NCBI RefSeq assembly: GCF_964213995.1
Contig: NC_135808.1
Location: 39,680,001 to 39,744,000, forward strand
DNA: 64,000 nt
From: Mustelus asterias
Lineage: Eukaryota
Reading direction: 5' to 3'
In this document: positions 57,570 to 64,000 of the stretch, piece after piece
Layout of the letters: every line of letters begins with the position of its first letter
Numbering within the stretch: position 1 is the first letter of the stretch
The notes under the pieces: generated by a model
Databases searched by the model: none
What the model saw: only the letters and a program-made list of their open reading frames with translations
Told to the model about the DNA's origin: nothing
Translations under genes and position numbers: made by a program

Positions 57570-60500
57570 ACCTCCCCCTTCAGAAAAAAATGCACCTTAT
57601 CATGAAAAGGTGGCTTCATTTTTATTTATCTTTTAAACTTGCAATAAAGCATCCGCAATAGCATTTTCACGATATGCAACAAGTGCAATCTGTAAATTAA
57701 ATGCTTGTAACATGAGACTCCAACGAAACAATCTGGTGTTCTTGTCCTTAAGAAATGTCAATGGATTGTGATCGGTATACACAATCGTTTCTGATGCATT
57801 ATTTGCACCGTAACATTAAAATGCTGTAAGGCCATTACAAACGCAATAACTCTTTTTCAATTGCTGATTTTATTTTCTGGTGGGTATTGAGTTTTTTTGA
57901 AAAATAACCAATTGGCCTTTCAATTTCACAGTCTTCCTTCTGTAACAACGCTGACGACGATGCTGCCATTGGAGGGTTTCAAAAGGTTTGACGTGGCTAA
58001 AACTGATGCGGTGATTAACACTGCTTTGAAATTCTCAGTTAACTACTGGCATTGTTCTTGTATGGATGAGTTCTTTTTTCACACATCCATCAATGGCGCC
58101 ACGACGCTACTGAAGTTTGGTAAAAACATGCCGATAGTATCCTCTGAATCCTAAAAATCACAGCACTTCCTTTTTCCAGGATTCCCTTGGAAATTCCTCG
58201 ATAGCCTTCGCCTTTATCTTTCTCTGTGTCATCCGTCCATATCCGGTGTTGTGCCCTCAGAATGTCACTTCTGCTTTCACAAATTCTGTTTTTGCCAAGT
58301 TTATGACCAACTTTTCCTTCCGTAGTCTCTTGAAGAACTCTGCCAAATGCTCCATGTGATCTTTCCATGAATGGCTAAAGGGCACTAAGTCGTTAATGTA
58401 GACAGCACAATTACTCAATTCTTCAATAACTCTGTTCATAAGCTTTTGAAAAGTAACTGGTGCGTTTTTCATCCCAAAGGGAATTTCTTTAAATTGATAT
58501 AGCCCATTTGAGGTTACAAACGCAGAAACTTCACTTATTCTCTCCGACAAATGTATTTGCCAGTAACCATGAAGTAAGTTCAACTTTTGAAATAAGTGGA
58601 TTGCCCTACTTTTTCCACACAATCCTCCAGCCTTGGAATTGGGTATGAATCAAATTTAATCACAGCATTGAACTTCCGATATGCAGAATCGTTGAGTACC
58701 ATCAGGTTTGGGAACCAACATGATCGGAGAACTCCACTCGCTTTGACTCAGCTCTGTGATGTCTTCTTGTAGTGTCTCTTCCACTGCCTCTGAACCTACA
58801 CTGCTTTGAGAGGATTAACCTGATAGGAGCATTGTTCTTTCGGAACAGCATTCCCTCCGTCAACCTCACGTACAATGGCATTAGTCCTCCCTGTTCTATT
58901 TCTACATAGATCCGCAGAGCACCGTATCAAGTCTTGCAATTCAGTTCTCTGTTCCTGGGACAGATAGTTCACTACCCTATTCCATTCCTATTCCATTGAA
59001 GGACTTCTTCATTATTCAATTTATTCTGAGGCTCATCAAAATCCTCATCATCTGGATTTGATTCGTCACTCTCAGTGGCAGTACCTAATACCTGTTTCCC
59101 CGGTTCCTTTCATAGTACTGTTTTAGCATGCTCACATGACATACCCGATACATTTTTTTTCCAATCAGGCATCTTTACCAGATAATTCACCTGACTTAAC
59201 CTCTTCTCAATCTGATATGGACCACTAAACCTTGCTTTGAAAGGATATCCTACCACCAGTAATAGCACAAATACTTAATCCCACATGAAAACTTACAAAT
59301 TTTAGATTTCTTATCTACTTCTTGCTTCATTAGGTGATGTCCCACCTTCAAATATTGTCTAGCTGATTCACCTACTCTGTTTAATGTTTCTCTCATCTCA
59401 GATACATAATTCAACAATGAGATCACTGACTTTGGACCGACCATCTTTTCCTTAATTAATTTTCAAAGTCCTCTTACTTCATGTCCAAATATCAATTCAA
59501 ATGGAGTAAACTGAGTCGTTTAGTTTGATGCCTCTCTAATAGCAAATAATATAAATAATGACATCCTAATTTTTATCCCAATCATTTGGATAATCCTGAC
59601 AAGCTCGCAACATCGTCTTTAGGGTCTGATGTCACCCTTCCAATGCCCGCTGGGATTCAGGATGGTACGCATTCGATGTAAAGTGTCTGATGCTTAAATT
59701 ATTCATGGCCTCTGTAAATAATTTGGCAGTAAATTGGACCCTTGGTCTGACTGAATCTCTGAGTAATCCATAATGGGAAACTAAAGCAAGCAACTCCTCC
59801 ACAAGCTTTTTTGCCTTGATATTCCATAATGGCATTGCCTCTGGAAACCTGGTAGACGCATCCATTATGGTTCGCAAATACTTGTTCCCATTTGGTTTGA
59901 TTGAGGGGACCTATATTATAACCTATGTCAAAGGTTCTTCAAATGTGGGAATTGGCATCAATGGCTTTCCTACCATCTGACATGTAGGACAGGTATGGCA
60001 AAATTCCACCACATCTTTGTGTAATTCAGACCAATAAAACTACTTCTTCCTCACTCCTTGATGACCTCCCACAGGTAAGTTGTGTGCTACCCGCAATACT
60101 TCCTGTCTTTATTCTACCGGCAACACAATCTGGTGAACTTCGTCCCATTTCTCATCTGCACTAACCTGCCAAGGTATCAATTTCCACCTTAAGATTTTAT
60201 CCCTAAGTTAATAGCATTCTAGAATACACTCTGATTCCCTTTCCATGTAGGTTTTATAATATAAATCCTTTATCGTCTCATCGTTCTGTTGTAACTGCAT
60301 TAATCTTTCAGAACTAAACTGCCTGATCCTCTACCTGCTTGAGATTTTCCTTTGCCATGTCATCAAACTATGTGTCAGCTCACGTTCCTGTTCCTCAACT
60401 CCGTCCTCTTCCTCTTTTGTTCTCCCTGTTTTAATTTATGGTTGTGGGATCTTGTCCTCACACAGTCCAGAAAAATGCCAGGGTACTTTTCTTTTAACTC

Positions 60501-61030
60501 CTCCGTTCCCTGGTTTTCTTTTGGCTTTTCCAGCACAATGGGATCTCTCTCACCTGTGAACCAGCTATATAATTTCCAAGGACAAACTGTATTCCCGGAA
60601 TAGCGAAGTTTTCCATCACTCCCACTATCACTTTCCAAGTCTTGATTGGAATTTCCAGTCACATTTTTCACAAGGGAACACTAATCCTCTTTCCATTTAT
60701 TCCAAAGATTACCACTCTCTCGGGCAGTATTTCAGAATCTTTTCATCTCTTACTATTAGAGACAGACCAGCACCCATATCTGTCAATATTTTATTTTTTT
60801 ACCTACATCTCCTGTTCCACCTCAGTAAGCCTTACCCACACAGGTGAAACCTTTGAAAAGATCGGGTGCTATCTTACCATGCAGTCCGTGCCGAGGCTGT
60901 GCACTCTCCTTCAGCTCCTCGATTTCCCTCAGAATCGCCTTCACTGATTTAACTAATCTCATTGGTTGAGCCACTTTTACCACATCCCTTTTCAAAGTGT
61001 CTTTCTTAAGCCACCAATTTCTGTTCATGT
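57570..61030 (-). mobile_element. Decayed Ty3/Gypsy LTR retrotransposon with Gmr1-type domain order (IN before RT-RNase H)
   Basis: 5' to 3': HHCC (~60090-59975), IN core (TIMDASTRFPEA, YHPES), GPY (~59230), RT (GYWQI, PFGMKNAP.TFQ), RNase H (NAIADAL), PPT GAAGGGGGAGG then TG at 57570. Confidence 0.85.
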
Positions 61031-64000
61031 CTGACTCCTGCCTGGCTAATGTACAGGTTCGATGAGCCAGAGTGGTCTACTTCCGCATTGTAAAGATCCA
61101 AGACATTTTTTTTTCATTCCCTTAACCGCCTTTTACAAATTCTGCTAGATTGCTAATGAATTAGAATTGATCATCAATGTCCAGATCACAGTTTGCCATC
61201 AACTCACCTTCCAACCATTTAAATGTGCCACACGCAGGATTAAAAATCTAATAAAGAATAAACATGATTATCGCAATTTGTGAAGACTCCGCAATCCGTT
61301 AGTCAGATTATATAAAATAGTGCTTATTGATGAGGAAGAAAACCAGATGTGGGGATTTCCCCATGATTCTCACAATTCACAACCCCTCACTCAATTTCAC
61401 TCCATTAATTTCCAGTTCTGTCTGGCCCCGCTTTGGGAGCATCTATTCCATCATTTCATCCCATTTTACAGAGGGATGCTAGTTATAAATTATTAGCACG
61501 CCGATCAATTACATACATTACATAGAAAGCCACAGTTCATTACATCATCATAAAATTCTGAATTGAAAAGTCTCCCAAGCTCTTCCTTTCATTGGATCCA
61601 TCTTGTGGATAATTCTTATTTTTCCTTATTTCTCAATTGTTCATGGAGATCACTTTGGCGAATTGTTAATACATCTGTCGTGTTCTTGTTGGCTATCTGC
61701 AAGAACAATTCACCTGGTGTTATTTCCCTCGTTTTCCAAATAGCCCGACAGAGTTTGCATAACTAAGAAATTCCATTTGAGTCCCTTGATTGAATCTGTC
61801 TCCACCACTCTCTCAGTCAGTACATTCCAGACCCTAATCTGCATTGAAAGGCTTTTCATTCATGTCTCCGTTGCTTTTGATCAATCATGGGATAAAAGGG
61901 TCCTCTATTGCTCCATTATTCAGTCAATGGAAAAGTTCCCCCCTTTCTGCACTGCCTTTCGTGAAGATTTTTGGGGTCAAGCCGCACACCCACGACTAGC
62001 TGGTACGGTGTGTTCAGAACGCGATCAAACAGTTTGATTATCAAAGTTTTTCAATATAAACCAATGGCTGGTGGCCAGAGCGGGAGTGATTCCTGGTCGG
62101 AGAAATTTTGAAAAGATAATTGTCGTCTTTATCATCAGTCTCCGCAGCTCCAAACTGCGATGTACACGTTGCCAAAGCAACTCGGACTGATCGCCCCTCC
62201 ACATCCGCGCTCTGTTCAGACTCGTGTTGAAATCCTCTATCAAATCACCGCTTCATCTATTCTTCTCCGAAGAAACATACCCACGCAGTCCCAAAGTCTC
62301 TTGTCTGCCGACCTCACTGAAGTTCCTCATCCTTTGGACAGTTTTTGCGGATCCATTGTGCACAGCAAACCTTCACATCTCCACATGGTGTGGAGAATTT
62401 GGCACCGAACCTTTGTTTTCCAGAAGTTCACAATAACTCATTGTTTTTGTACCCTATTTATGTTTTCAAGAGTGTCTTAAACGCGGACGTAGAGGAAATG
62501 AAACTTAGATGTTGACAGAGAAAAGTCCAGAACTTCGGGCTTTGACAGCTGAAGGTGTGAGCGCCAGTGGTGCAGATATTTAAATCGCTCCGGATGCTAA
62601 ACTCTTAAACAAAAACAGATCACTGATGCTCAAGAGATCGGAGTTAGATTCCTTTGCGTGAGTTTAATATAAAATCCTAAAACATGTTCTGGTGCCTTTG
62701 ACTATATCTATTGTGTTTTCCTCCATCGCGTTCATATTATTTTGCGTCTCCCAACAGCAGGTTCTGCAAACTTTACGAACATTTTGAATGTATTTAACCT
62801 ATGTTCGTTAATAATGTTGCATTCATTGTAAGCGTTACGTGTATTATTTGGTTATTTTTGAGCGTTGTGAATAAGCGATGATTGCAGTGTATCTGGTGCT
62901 TAAATTACTGAAACAGCCACTGTTCAAAAGCAACAATTCATGGACAACATTCGGACTTTGGCTTATAAGTATGAAGTAATATTGACACTACACAATTTCC
63001 AGTCAATGACCATCGCCAACAAGGCATAATCTGTTTTCCCATTGAATTAATATGGCCCACCACATAAATAATTCGACTACAAGAGCAAGCAGACGCTATG
63101 AATTCTGCGATGTGTATGACTGCCCAAAGCCTTTCCCAATCTAAAGGGCAGATATCAGGCAATGAAAATCATTCCCCTGTTCTTTAACTGACTCAGTTTC
63201 CTTTCTTCTGGTTTTGCGAATCGGCCTCCGTTTGATTGACCAGCGCTCATGGGATTATTTCACTTCCTCTGACAGTCCATGGAGCAACAACATCTCCGTG
63301 AACCTCTGCGTCGTCAGTCATTTTCTCAAAAACTAAACATGGAGTCTTGCACCTGCTTTCCATCGTCAGCCTCATTCTCCAGCAACCGATATATAACTAC
63401 GCAAAGAAGTCTCAAATGGATTCAAAATGTCAACTCCGTTTCTCTCTCCGTAGATGTTTCCAGACCTGCTGCGTTCCTCTAACATTTTCTGCTATTTATT
63501 TCAGATCTATAGAATTCGTAATATTTTGCTTTTGTGTGTTAACCCAAGGTAACGTTCGATTTGCAATATCCACCCACCTAAAGCCATGTTCCTTTTCTCC
63601 ATCGGAGTAATTCATTTCCTGGCCCAATCCGTTGCCCTAATTGACGTCTAGCCCTCACAACTCGCATCTTCACAACTAGCCGCCACGTTAAAATGTTATC
63701 ACACACTGAGGAATCAGCTTCTGAAACACAACGATTGCCGTCCCTACACACAAACAGCCATTTTGCTCCACATTTAAAGACCATCCTTCATCAAATCTAC
63801 CATTTCTCCTTTACATTTTGAAAGGAATGTTGGTTGTGCTCTCTCTCCAGATTATATTGCATTCATGGATTTCAGACCACACCCTCCGCCCTGCATCAAC
63901 ACCAATAGCTTTGAAGCTGAACTTCCTGCCGCTTCTTCGGCCTTAATTCTCCTTGACCTGGATTCCCACACATCACCCACGTCTCTCCACCATCTAAAAC

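Overview
Eukaryotic, repeat-dominated vertebrate DNA. The repeats (tRNA-headed HE1/V-SINE-like elements, many CR1 LINEs, Penelope-like elements) point to a cartilaginous fish (shark). Host gene content is sparse: a probable first coding exon of a GPR139/GPR142-like GPCR (minus strand, 1213-1354) and two exons of an MHC class I-like gene (alpha-3 Ig C1 exon 6802-7086 with a broken acceptor; TM/cytoplasmic exon 14391-14566) with no alpha-1/alpha-2 exons visible. The main structure is an 11.4-kb minus-strand endogenous retrovirus (31465-42850) with ~98% identical LTRs (hand count), a tRNA-Pro PBS, a PPT, a 5-bp TSD and a nearly intact gamma/epsilon-type env. Its interior is unusual: two paralogous gag N-termini and two integrase C-termini, but no protease or RT core. 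It was later hit by a young Tx1-type LINE and by a Penelope-derived hairpin carrying two hammerhead ribozyme motifs. Also present: a second, older env-bearing ERV (tRNA-Ser PBS), a CR1 with intact ORF2, a decayed Gmr1-type Gypsy element, a 33-bp minisatellite, a ~715-bp-arm inverted duplication and several short palindromes. All calls are from manual reading; no searches were run, and boundaries of decayed repeats are approximate.
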